DNA of 61,222 nt, filler included, from Pirum gemmata (GCA_002812295.1; 11 parts of 11 records of this genome joined end to end with filler, not necessarily neighbours in it), one strand, 5' to 3'; positions 10,950-23,149 are shown, counted from the first letter of the whole stretch. The notes: generated from the letters alone by a model not told the origin. Program-made: numbers and translations.

Positions 10950-13900
10950 GCTACAAAATCCAAAGTCAAGCCAGTGATTTAGTTAAAAAATTAAAAACTT
11001 GTGATCCTTCTTATGTTCGATGTATTAAACCTAATGAGAATAAGAGAGCCCATGATTTTGATCAAAAGCGAGTCGAGTTTCAAGCAAAATATTTGGGTTT
11101 GTTGGAGAATGTTAAAGTGAGAAGGGCAGGGTTTTCGTACCGTGGGGAATACAGACGTTTTATTGACCGTTATGGCATTTGTAATGAGCAGACCAGAAAC
11201 TGGAAGGGAGACCCTCAGCAAGGTGCTAAGCTACTGATGCAATGTATTGGTATTCCTGAAGCAGAGTGGAGAATGGGTAACTTAATTATTAATTATATGT
11301 AATTGTTTTGCTTTTATTCATTCATTCATTCATTTATTTATTTAATTTTTAATTTGTTTATTTACTGTTTATTGTGTGTTTTGTTTATTTGTTTATTTGT
11401 TTATTTGTTTATTTGTTTATTTGTTTATTTGTTTATTTGTTTATTTGTATTATGTATTATGTATTATGTATCATGTATCATGTATTATGTATTATGTATT
11501 ATGTATTATGTATTTACTATTTATTATTTATTATTATTATTTATTATTATTTATTAATCATTTTTATTATTTATCATTTATCAATTATCATTTGACAATT
11601 TTTATTTATCATTTATCATTCATCATTTATTATTATCATTTATTATTAATATCATCATCATCATCATCATCATCATCATTACTGTTATATAATCTTAGTT
11701 AATCATTATTTTTTCTTTGAGGAGGGGTTAGGGTTATGTTTGTAGCTGCAATTTCGTGCACGACATAAAATGAATTATTAACTTTGACTAACTTAAAATG
11801 ATTTAAAACTAACTATATTTCTTAATATTCATAGGTAAAACCAAAATGTTTTTGAAGTCTCCCGAAACTTTATTTGGTTTAGATGATTTGCGTGACCGAA
11901 CTTACAATCACTATGCTGGTAGAATTCAAAGATTTTATCATAGACATGACCCCGAAAAGCGAAGAATCTCAGAGGAAAGAATCTATTGGTTTGAACTTAT
12001 GTATTACAATTTTCACGCAGCTGGTACTATGCCAGATTACGGCAAGTCCATTGCTTGGCCAGAATACCAAAATGTAAGTTGTTAAGGTTAAGGTTAAGGT
12101 TAGGGTTAGGGTTAGGGTTAGGGTTAGGGTAGGGTTAGGGTTAGGGTTAGGGTTAGGGTAGGGGCTAAGGGTTAAGTTAAGGGTTAAGGTTAGGGGTTAA
12201 GGTTCCATTGGTTTGATCTTATTTATTACAATTTTCACATTTCTGTAAGTCGATTGCGTGGCTAGAATATCAGTGTGTAAGTTGTTAAGGTTTAGGTTAA
12301 GGTTGGATTAAGGTTAAGGTTGGATTAAGGTTAAGGTTAAGGTTAGGGTTAGGGTTAGGTTTGGATTAAGATTAAAGTTAAGGTTAGGGGTTAAGGTTAG
12401 GGTTAAGGTTATGGGTTGGGGTTATGGTTAGGGGCTAGGGTTAGGGTTAGGGGCCAGGGTTAGGGTTTGGGGTTAGAGGTTAGGGTTAGTGGTTAGTGGT
12501 TAGGGTTAGGGGTTGGGATTAGGGGTTAGGGTTAGAGTTAGGGGTTAGAGTTAGGGGTTAGAGTTAGGGGTTAGAGTTAGGGGTTAGAGTTAGGGGTTAG
12601 GAGTTAGGGTTAGGATTAGGGTTAGGATTAGGGCAAGTCGATTGCGTGGCCAGAATATCAGAATGTAAGTTGTTTGTTTTCGAATCAATCTCGGGTAGCT
12701 AGAAAAAGCTAGAAAAAGCTAGAAATGCCATGTTTTTTTTTCTAAATCTAGATCAAGATTTTCTATACCTACTCTAAGTAGATAGTCAACTAAATATCTA
12801 TTTTTTATAACTGTAATTCTAAACTTTTAGCTTTTTCTAGCTAATAGCCTAGCTACTCTCGCTAAATAAGTAGTTTTTATGTGTTTGTGTTGTAGTTTTA
12901 GAGACGAAAATAATTTTGTATAATTATTGTGTTGTATTTTCATTGTAACTATAACATTTTTTTTTTTTTTTTTCATTTGATTTTGCTATCGTTTGGCATT
13001 TTAGCATTTGGAAGCTGCTGTAGGTTGGACTTGGAAAATTTTCAATTATTGGAGAGCTGTCAGAATGATATCAGCGCTTAGCCCAGAAGAACAAGAGGCA
13101 ATGCGTCAAAAGATTGTTTCGTAAGATTGTTGTTGTATTATTACTATTACTATTACTATTATTATTATTAGTATTAAAATTATTGTTATTGGTAGTTTTT
13201 GTCTGTGTTTTATTCTTGGTCGTGGTAATGGAATTGACGTTAACCCTAAGGCCTAAACCCTAAAACTTAAAGCTTAAAAAGCTTGAAACCTAAAACCTAA
13301 AACCTAAAGCCTAAAGCCTAAAGCCTAAAGCCTAAAGCCTAAAGCCTAAAGCCTAAAGCCTAAAGCCTAAAGCCTAAAGCCTAAAGCCTAAAGCCTAAAG
13401 CCTAAAGCCTAAAGCCTAAAGCCTAAAGCCTAAAACTTAAAACTTAAAACCTAATATCTAAAACCTAAAACCTAAAGCCTAAAACCTAAAACCTAAAACC
13501 TAAAGCTTAAAGCCTAAAGCTTAAAACCTAAAACCTAAAACCTAAAACCTAAAACCTAAAGCCTAAAGCCTAAAGCCTAAAGCTTAAAACCTAAAGCCTA
13601 AAGCCTAAAGCTTAAAACCTAAAGGCTAGGGTTAGGGTTAGCCTAACCCTAACCCTAACCCTAACCCTAACCCTAGCCTAAAGCCTAAAGCCAAACCTAA
13701 AGTCTAACCCTAACCTTAAAACCTAAAACCTAAAACCTAAAACCTAAAACCTAAAACCTAAAACCTAAAATCTAAAACCTAAAACCCAAAACTTAAAAGC
13801 TAAAATTTAAAACCTAAAACCTAAAGCCTAATAAAGCCTAAAACCTAAAGCCTAAAACCTAAAGCCTAAAGCCTAAAGCCGAAAGCCTAAAGCCTAAAGC

Positions 13901-15583
13901 CTAAAGTCTAACCCTAACCTTAATCCACTCAATGTTCGGCATATTAGATACGATATTTTTCACGGGAAAAAAGCTTGGCCTTGTACACGTACTTATGTTG
14001 GCAATTATATGGCCCAGGAAAGATATTTTCCTGGAGCTGCAATGTACAAAGAAGCAGAGAGCGCACTGTTGGCTTCTTCGGGGGAAAAATGTGTTATATT
14101 TAGTGACGTAGTTAATAAAGTGAATAAGGTAATTGTAATAATTTATATTATATATTTTATACTTTATGTACGCTTTCATGTTGCTTTTTTTCATTTATTT
14201 TAGCACAAAATTATTTCTTTACTATTTTTAAATTTTTTAAAGTACGTGCTTAATGGCTATTTACAATTAAAGAAAGTGAAAAGAAAGTGACTAAGATTTT
14301 ATGTACACCTTGACATTGGTCACTTTCGTTTATTTTTGCACAAAGTTATTTTTTTGCCATTTTTAAAATTTTTAAAATACCCAATTATCGGCCATTTATA
14401 ATTGAAGAAAGTGATTATTGGGCACTTTCGTTTATTTTGGCACAAAATTAATTCTTTGCTATTTTTAATTTTTTAAAGTACCCAATTAGCTATTTAAAGA
14501 AAGTTAATAAGGCTTTATGTACACCTTAATATTGGTCACTTTCGTTTATTTTTGCACAAAAATATTTCTTTGCCATTTTTAAAATTGTAAAGTACCCTAT
14601 TATTGGCTATTTATAATTAGAGAAAATTGAATAAGGTTCTATGTGCCCCTTAATAGTGGTCACTCTCGTTCTTTCTCTGCCATTTTTAATTTTTTAAAGT
14701 GCCCCGTTAATACTTGTTTGTAATTAACTTACCATAATATCAAAATATAATTGTTGTTGTTGTTGTTGTTGTTGTTGTTTTGGAATATCCAAATTGTTGT
14801 GTATTTAGTATGGTAAAATGCAAGACCGTGCACTTCTGGTTACTTCCGATCACTTTTATAAATATACTATTGGAAAGAAAATGAAAATATTGAAACAGCC
14901 TATTCCTATTAATGCTGTTAAGTCTGTGTCTATGTCGAACGAAAAAGGTAAATATTGATGTCTTTTAAAATATAATGAAAGTTTTGTTACCAGTATTATA
15001 CAACGACGTTGGCTATGGCTATATAAGTAATTATTATTAGTTGGCAGGGTTAGAGTTAAGAGTTGGGGTTGGGGTAGAATGTTAGTTGAAGTAATAGTGA
15101 TAATAATGTTAATGTTAATGGTAAGTGTTGTTTATTTATTTAATTAGTTTTTTTTAATTTTTTTCTTTTGTTTTTGTCATTTTGAATGTCTTATTTTAAG
15201 AGCTATGTTGTTTGGGTTTTGTAATGTTGTTGTTTTGTGTTTTTCTCACTTCAGTTTCTAAGTCTAAGGCTAAGGCTAAGGCTAAGGCTCAGGTTAAACC
15301 TAAGCCTAAGTTTAAGCCTAAGCTTAAGTTTAAGCCTAAACCTAAACCTAAACCTAAGCCTAAACCTAAGCGTAAGCCTAAACCTAAGCGTAAGCGTAAG
15401 CCTAAGCCTAAGCCTAAGCCCAAGCCTAATCCTAATCCTAAGCCTAAGCCTAAGCCTAAGCCTAACCCCTTTTTTTATAATATATATATATATATATATA
15501 TTCCAGATACTTATGTGGTAGTGCATATGACCCCTCCTCACCGAGATCTTTGCATAGATTTAGCTATAGGACAGGAAAATAAG
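10950..15583 (+). CDS. myo1: Class I myosin, internal exons (end of motor domain, single IQ, TH1 tail); partial at both ends
   Basis: Phase-consistent GT-AG exons: 10950-11276 (YVRCIKPN, YLGLLENVKVRRAGFSYR), 11835-12073 (GKTKMFLKSPETLF, IQ-like HYAGRIQRFY), 13005-13120 (WRAVRMISALSPEEQEAMRQK), 13948-14128 (YDIFHGKKAWPCTRTYVGNYM..VIFSDVVNKVNK), 14809-14947 (GKMQDRALLVTSDHFY..IPINAVKSVSMS), 15507-15583 (DTYVVVH). Confidence 0.93.
12083..12632. repeat. Intronic telomeric repeat tract (TTAGGG/TTAAGG variants) in myosin intron
   Basis: Tandem TTAGGG with variants, interrupted by a copy of the exon end. Confidence 0.9.
13240..13922. repeat. Intronic telomere-like 7-mer satellite (CCTAAAG/CCTAAAA) with embedded CCCTAA core
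   Basis: Long GCCTAAA and ACCTAAA arrays; short TAGGGTTAGGGTTAG-CCTAACCCTAA inversion at ~13627-13675. Confidence 0.85.
14117..14710 (+). repeat. Degenerate ~100-120-bp tandem repeat filling a myosin intron
   Basis: Recurrent blocks aaagtgaataagg..tatgtacacctt..attggtcactttcgtttatttttgcacaaaa..aaagtaccc, about 5 copies. Confidence 0.75.
15258..15469. repeat. Intronic telomere-like hexamer array (CCTAAG/CCTAAA/GCTAAG)
   Basis: Tandem 6-mers one base off CCCTAA, inside a myosin intron. Confidence 0.8.
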
Positions 15584-15772
15584 GTGATATATGACTTTGG
15601 TTTTTGTTGTTTTTATTTAATACCTTAATGTAACAAGTTTATTTTCTAATATTTTCTTACCCCGACCCAACCCAAAACCCTATAACCCCTAACCCTAACC
15701 CCTATAACCCTAACCCCTATAACCCTAACCCCTATAACCCTAACCCCTANNNNNNNNNNNNNNNNNNNNNNN

Positions 15773-15807
15773 TTATTATTATAATTATTATTATAAAAAT
15801 TGTTATA

Positions 15808-15843
<36 letters not shown>

Positions 15844-17577
15844 GCCAAAATGGTAGTTATTATTATCTATGTTGTAATTAGTAAATTTATGCGGTGGAGG
15901 AGTAACATTCATCTCAACGAAACTGTGATGGTGGTTGTGAAAAGGTTCTTTTCTTCTATTATTCCTGGAGAAAGCGTCGGTGGTATGGTTCGAATATGGT
16001 TGTTTTTGTCTGTAAGGCTGTTGATAACTGACAGGAAACTCGCATCGATGGTTATCAACACTAGTAACGGGGTCACAATTACAATCCCCATAGCGATGGT
16101 GTCGTGGGTGATTATTAAATTGAGGTTGATGTATCCTACCCGGGTAAGGTGACGTGTCATGAACTGATTTAGGATAATCGAAATGTGCTGGTGGGGGTGT
16201 TGGGTGTACTAGTGGTATTGGAAGTGCTGGAGGTGGTCTTTGGTGGTTTTGTTGATATGAATTAAGTTTCCGATAATTATTTTGTTGAGAATAAGTTTGT
16301 TGTTCTGGATGTGGATGTGGATGTGGATGTGGATGTGGAAGTGGATGTGGATGTGGCCGCGAGTGCTTTTGATTATGATTAAAATGCTGTTGGTGTTGGT
16401 GGGGAACGGTGAATGAGTGATTAGGATAATTGTGATGACTGTGGTGAGATCGTTGGTGTGATTGATGTTGCTTGTTTGTGTTAGGAGGGTTATGAAGAGT
16501 GTAATGGTTGTGTTTATGATGTTGGTTACTTGCTCCATTAGCCTCGGCTTTTCTTATGTTAGGTGGTTTATAATCATATTGTCTTGCCAGATTCCATTTG
16601 TATTTTGGTTTGGGTTTTGAAAATTCCTGCTCACTCCCGTGCTTTTGTTTATGTTCTTGGTCTTGGTCTTGGTCTTGGTCTTGGTTTTGTTTTTGTTTTT
16701 GTTTTTGTTTTTGTTTTTGTTCTTGTTCTTGTTTTTGTTTTTGTTCTTGTTGTTCTTGTTCTTGTTCTTGTTCTTGTTCTTGTTCTTGTTCTTGTTCTTG
16801 TTCTTGTTCTTGGTCTTGGTGGTAGTGGTAGTGGTGGTGGTGGTGGTGATGACGGTGGTGACAGTGTAAGGTTACATATTGAGTTTGGGTTTGGGTTTGG
16901 GTTATTCNGTCTTGGTCTTGTTTTTGTTCTTGTTTTTGTTCTTGTTCTTGTTCTTGTTCTTGTTCTTGTTCTTGTTCTTGTTCTTGTTCTTGTTCTTGTT
17001 CTTGTTCTTGTTCTTGTTCTTGTTCTTTGTGTTTTTGTTGTTGCTCTTTGTGTTTTTGTTCTTGTCTTTCTCTTTCTGGTTTCTCTTCCTGGTTTTGGCT
17101 TAGTTCTTGCTTTTTTTCTGACTTTACTTCTACTTCTGTTTCTGCTTTCTGAGTTTGATTCTGTAATTCATCGGGTAATAAATCGTTTGGTTTAAGTTTA
17201 GCCTCATATTCTAGGATTTGTTCTTTATTTAATTTTAAATTAGGATTAGATTCCTGCTCCTCTTCCTTCTTCCCATCATTTTTTTGGTTGACCTTTTGTT
17301 GTTGTTCTTGCATGTATTTTTTTTCAGTCTCTTTTTGTATTTGTTTCGGCTCTAGATTCGACTCTTGTACTTTTTCTTGTCCGTATCCTTTTGATTTATT
17401 TTGTTTTTGCTCTGACGGTAACTCTCGTTCTGGTTCTAGTTCTGGCTCTCGTATTGTTGATTTTTCGTGTGGCTTTCGAAGTATTTTTCGCTCGGCTTGT
17501 TGGGATTCTATAGTCAAACAGTAATCGACAGGACGTGATTTTCCTTGAATTGACGCTTTCTTACAGGAAGCTAACAT
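15773..17577 (-). CDS. Large exon of an unknown low-complexity (QE-, H/P-, N-rich) protein
   Basis: About 600 codons open across repetitive and non-repetitive stretches. It may start at ATG 17577 or at an acceptor ttag|17570, and it runs into an assembly gap. Confidence 0.55.
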
Positions 17578-18114
17578 ATTATTAAAAAATAAATTAAATA
17601 ATAGACTAATAATAATAGACTGATAATAATAATAATAATAATAATAATAATANNNNNNNNNNNNNNNNNNNNNNNNNNNNNNNNNNNNNNNNNNNNTTAA
17701 TTAATTAANNNNNNNNNNNNNNNNNNNNNNNNNNNNNNNNNNNNNNNNNNNNGGGGGGGGGGGGGTAGAATTTTGTGACCATTTAATTAGTGTAGGTAGG
17801 TAGAGTGTAGGTAGATATTTCGCAATGTTACGTCACTCAAAAAAATATATTTAATTGACTACCAATATAATTATATAATTTTAATTAACTACCAATATAT
17901 ATAATAAATATAATAATAATTAACTACTACCAATATATTATATATAGTGGGAAAAAAAAATGAGCTTTTTTTGGAATTTTTTGAGCTTTTTTTGGGACTT
18001 TTTGAGCTTTTTTTGCTTTTTTGAGTATACTAATTAGGGTACTATTTTTTTTTTAAAAACGTTACGTCATTATGGGTAGGTCATTTTTCTCGATGTTACG
18101 ATTGTGTGACTTTT

Positions 18115-18171
18115 GAGTAGGTGGGTAGGTTTTTGCCGGAAATTAGCGTTACGTAGTATTTGAACGCTCCC
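18115..18171. mobile_element. End of a Harbinger/Tourist-like MITE (family B relative)
   Basis: ggaaattagcgttacgtagtatttgaacgctccc matches the end of 53848-53971. Confidence 0.65.
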
Positions 18172-18597
18172 TATCAGTAGACTCACTACTATCACTACAG
18201 TCTACCACAAGCTCTATGCCTCTACCATCAGCTCTACCCACCCTAGCCTAATATAATAATAGCCACCCTAGCTAGTCTATCGATATCTGATATGATAGCT
18301 TGTTGGAGTCTTGTTGGCCAGTTGGCCTAGTAGTATGTTAGGTCTCTAGCTAGACTCTAATAATGAAGTATCATATGATTCATTATTCATAGACTATCAT
18401 GATCAAAAAGGTGATCAAAGATCAAAGTAGTCTACCTATAGAAAGTAGTGTTATCATAGCTACTACTACTAGCTAAAGCTGGCTATAGACTAGCTTAGTA
18501 GGAGCCTAGCTAGTAGGCCTCTACACTAATCTCCACTTCTAGCTAGCTATGATAGTAGCCAACGTGATACTACTACTATAGCTGTGATAGTCTACTA

Positions 18598-18782
18598 TCG
18601 CGCTTTTTATTTAGTTTGTCACTCTGAATATTTATTTAGAGGGTTATAATCTTTAAATTGACATTTTTAAATCAATAAATAGATAATAAAATATACCAAA
18701 TTAAATTAAATGGAAGTATATTATATTAATTTGGTACTATTTATTGTATATTTTATTATGACAAAACAACTGAAAAGCACTA
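18598..18782 (+). mobile_element. MITE family A copy
   Basis: Full-length match to the 52847-53031 consensus; TA flanks. Confidence 0.85.
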
Positions 18783-19380
18783 TACCGATAGCTATACCGA
18801 TACGATATTAATTAAAAATAAGAGTTAATTAATGTAGTTTGTCTACTATTAGTCTACTATTGATATCCATAGTAGTTAGAGTAGACGTCTACTCTATGAT
18901 AGCTATCTGATATCTCATAGCTAGCTAGGCTCTACAGAGCTACCTATCACTACTAGTAGGCTATAGGCTACTTACTGTAAGTTGACTATAGCTAGCTAGC
19001 TGTAGTAGTATCATACCAGTACCGTACCGGTAGACGTTAGCAGCCGCTACAATTATGGTATTATCATATCAATTTATTATAAAGAGTACAATCAAATCAT
19101 ACAATTATGGTATTATCATATCAATTTATTATAAAGAGTACAATCAAATCATTAAACTTACATCATACCAAAGTATAATGAAACAAGTCAACAAACTACC
19201 CCCCCCCCCCTTTTTTTAATAGGCAAGCCGGAATAAAACTAGTATAAAACACTATATAAAAATGTAGAAACCTTCTCTAAAAACCTTTAATGCTAACTAG
19301 CCATTGGCTCATAAAGAATTTTCTCAAAATTTGCTCATAATTTGGTATAATATGATACCGTAATAATATCATAATACGTA

Positions 19381-19565
19381 TCGTGCTTTTCATTTATTTT
19401 GTCACTCTGAATGTTTATTTGGAGGTTTATAATATTTAAATTGACATTTTTAAATCAATACATATATAATAAAATGTACGAAATTAAATTAAATGGATTT
19501 ATATTGTATTAATTTGGTACTATTTATTATTTATTTTATGACGACAAAACAACTGAAAAGCACTA
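19381..19565 (+). mobile_element. MITE family A copy
   Basis: TA|TCGTGCTTTTCATTTATTTTGTCA...GACAAAACAACTGAAAAGCACTA|TA. Confidence 0.85.
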
Positions 19566-20895
19566 TAGTAGTTTTAGTAAGTAGCCTAGTAGGATAGGAT
19601 CATTTTGAGATTTTTTGGATTTTTGAGTATATTATTTTAATTTATTAATATTATATCAAATATCCTGATCAAATATCTACCGGTATATGATGATGAACCT
19701 ATAGATGATGAACTATGATGAAAGTCTATGCGGGACTATGGCGGGTTGGATAAAAAATAATAACATAAAATAAAACTAGTACTAGTAGAAAATAAAATTT
19801 CTCTTTGTAAACTAATAAAATAAAGAGTCTATTTAGAATGATAGAGAAACAGCAGCCTGAAACAACCTACGTTTTAATAGTATCGATAAAATAAAATATC
19901 GATACGAACTGTGGTTTACGACACGCCAAGATTCAAGATCAAGTTGTGGTAGTGTTGTAGTTCTCATGGATTTGATATATGGATAGAGTATCTAAAGCAG
20001 TATTTATCAAACTATTATTATTATTATTATTATCGATATTATTATTATTATTTGACGAAAAAACCCTAAGGCTCCCTAAGTTACCCTAACCCTCTTACCC
20101 TATGGAACCAGATGTGGGTCTTTCAGGTGTCTTTCGACCCTTTACTTATATGGGATAGAGTCTATCACTAATATAACAATATATAAAAAGTGTTACAGGA
20201 AACTGTTTGATATGCAGTTTTATTATTTTTAGAGTATCAGTTGGGGTGTTTGGTGTTAAAATTGTGTTATTGTTTTAGTCTAGTTTTCTATTGTGTACAA
20301 ATTGTAATCACAAGAGCATTCTCACAAGATTGTAAATTGTAATCATCACTAAATTGGCACTAATCAATAAACATTTGGTTTCATAGGAATCATAGCTAAT
20401 CAGTGTATCATATAATGACATATATACCTTTATTAGTTTCTTATTAGTCCCACCACTTTTTTTGTTTGATCAGATGAGATATTCACAAATCAACTTTAGC
20501 AACTTTAATAGTGGTTTTTCTACTCTGTTTTTTTATATCCAATACTTTTTTTACAATCTATATTATACTGTTTTTATATATACTGCCATATATATAATAT
20601 ATCATATCTAGCTCGAGTAGACTGAGTCTGAGATAGGTTTTGATAATTGGCGGTGGCGGCCAGGGGGGAGCCTGCGCCCGACACCTACTAAACTTGGTAT
20701 TTTTTTTAGCATTTTTTTCAGTGACGTTTTTTCCTGAGATGTTTTTTTTTTGTCGTTTCTACTCGAGATTGGGTACTGATTGGGTCTACCGTTTCTACCT
20801 GGGTAAAGTCTCTAGCTACTACTAGCTAGAGTAGTAGGGTAAAGTAGTACTGGTAAAGTCTACAAGAGACAATACTCTAGCTAGTAGTTTTACAA

Positions 20896-20953
<58 letters not shown>

Positions 20954-21274
20954 TATTAGTCACACACATCCGTGAAAAAAGGTGAAAAATGTCATAGTAT
21001 ACTCATAGTATCATAATACAATTCAATGTATCAGATAGTAACTAGTAAGTGTTTTTTTTAAAAAAATAAATATCAAATTTTATTATAATGACGTCATCAG
21101 TCTTTGGCGCGAAGTTTAACGCCTCGAAATCCTTAGCCTCGAAATCCCTCACCACATGGTCCTACGTTATACAGAGTCTAGCTAGAGAGACTCACAGGGT
21201 GCGCTTTAGGAAATTAGGAGTCTTTAGGCAGGTTAGAAACTCGGTTACCTTACTTTCCCATTCTCATATTGCTA

Positions 21275-21395
21275 TCGTGCTTTTCATTTATTTTGTCACT
21301 CTGAATATTTATTTGGAGGGTTATAATCTTTAAATTGACATTTTTAAATCAATAAATAGATTATAAAATATACCAAATTAAACTAAATGGAATGT
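21275..21395 (+). mobile_element. MITE family A copy, 3'-truncated
   Basis: First ~120 bp of the consensus. Confidence 0.75.
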
Positions 21396-22138
21396 TGTTT
21401 CTCACGTTTTTTTTTTTTTTTTTTTTTTTTTTGCATTGATACATTAATAAACACATACAATTTTTTTTAAAATATTTTAAAAAATAAAAATGCAAAATTT
21501 AAAAGTGTTTTATGGTTGCGCTGCTTCCCAAAAACTTTTTTTTAGGACGGACTGCTCAAGCTCTTTTTTATTATTAGCAGAATAATTTATTTTTGCAAAT
21601 TGGCCATTGTATCTTGTAATATTATCATATACCATTATTAATTATTATACTACTTTGTGGTAGTACTTTTGAGGTGTTGTTGTTTAAAAATAAAATCGTT
21701 ATGATATTATTTGCACTTTATCTGTGCTGTCTATCTTAATAAATTATCTGTTGATATAATAAAACAGAGAGTGGATGGAACCAAGTTCCAATACTAAATC
21801 TATAAACTTAATGCATTCGACAGTTCATTCGACCATATTCGACTTAGCTAGCTAGACCCTCTATTAATAACTTCTAATCTTGTTAAACTCTACAGACTAC
21901 GTACCGTTAGACTATGAATAGCGATCTAAGCACGAATTTAATTTTTACCTGTGAATTTTACCCTAAAAATTAAAATTCAAGCGCTAGCTTTTTCAACGCC
22001 ACATGGTATGTCACTAGTATGTCAAAGACTGTCTTCGAAAGTCTAATCTATATTACAAAAGTACCACAAGTATTCGCACATTTATTCACTTTTCTCACAT
22101 AAAGTGTCTATATATATACTAACATATCGATACCAGTA

Positions 22139-22323
22139 TTGTGCTTTTCATTTATTTTGTTACTCTGAATATTTATTTTGTTGGTTATAATATTTAAATT
22201 GATATTTTTAAATTTATAATTAGATTATAAAATATACCAAATTAAATAAAATGGATTTATATTATGTTAATTTGGTACTCTTTATTGTATATTTTATGAT
22301 GACAAAACAACTGAAAAACACGA
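22139..22323 (+). mobile_element. MITE family A copy
   Basis: Full-length match to consensus. Confidence 0.85.
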
Positions 22324-22652
22324 CGACTAGCTAGAAAAGCACGACAGTCTACAAGTCCCCTTCTAATAAAGATAGGGTGTAGAGCTAAGAGCGTAGTCTT
22401 TACTGGCTTAGCTACAGTAGACTGTATCTAGAGCTAATCGTATCATATCTGATACCGGTACAGTATTATTATGCTATGAAAAGTACAAGTTAAAACCGAA
22501 GGACAATCAAAGCATTAACTTATACCAAAGTATCATGAAACGAATTAACGAATCAATAAATTACAACTATAATTAACTATATAACTGCAACCTACTGCTC
22601 CTCCTGTTTATATAGTAAGGAAAACAGGATATAATAAAAATATTTTTTAAAA

Positions 22653-22812
22653 CTACCAAGCGGGATAAAAATTGCGACATCCGCGATATGAGCTCAAAAA
22701 TCACAAAATGACCCAATATGAATGAAAGTACTACCAAAATTTGAGAAATCGTCTAACTAAAAAACTCTATTATGAACCAATGACTAGTTTTTAAAAATAA
22801 TTGGGTTAGTTA
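22653..22812 (+). repeat. Dispersed repeat family D (probable non-autonomous transposon)
   Basis: ctaccaagcgggataaaaattgcgacatccgcgatatgagctcaaaaatc...atgaaccaatgactag also occurs at ~26926-27100, partially at ~28100-28305, and inverted at ~46040-46146. Termini not resolved. Confidence 0.7.
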
Positions 22813-23070
22813 TTTATTTAATACTTGTTACCACAGGATGAAGCAGCATAATTAACACCATTGACGTTGATTGAGATGCTGTTCTTCGAGCTTCCCCCAT
22901 TATTTACACACCTACCAATCATGATACTGTTGTTTTAAGTAAAAAAGAAAGAATAATAATAATAATAATANNNNNNNNNNNNNNNNNNNNNNNNNNNNNN
23001 NNNNNNNNNNNNNNTTAATTAATTAANNNNNNNNNNNNNNNNNNNNNNNNNNNNNNNNNNNNNNNNNNNN

Positions 23071-23149
23071 ACATTCGGACGGATCGGAGAACAGAGCAAG
23101 TCGGACGGACGGAATCGGATTTGATTATTCGTCGGAACGAACCGCTCTG
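23071..23149. mobile_element. Terminal fragment of hAT-like element (same family as 28545-28711)
   Basis: Nearly identical to 28634-28711; ends GAACCGCTCTG. Confidence 0.55.

Noticed and set aside
15212..15628. KP-repeat, LSLS and RLRL ORFs
   Set aside because: Translations of an intronic hexamer array; only 15507-15583 is a myosin exon.
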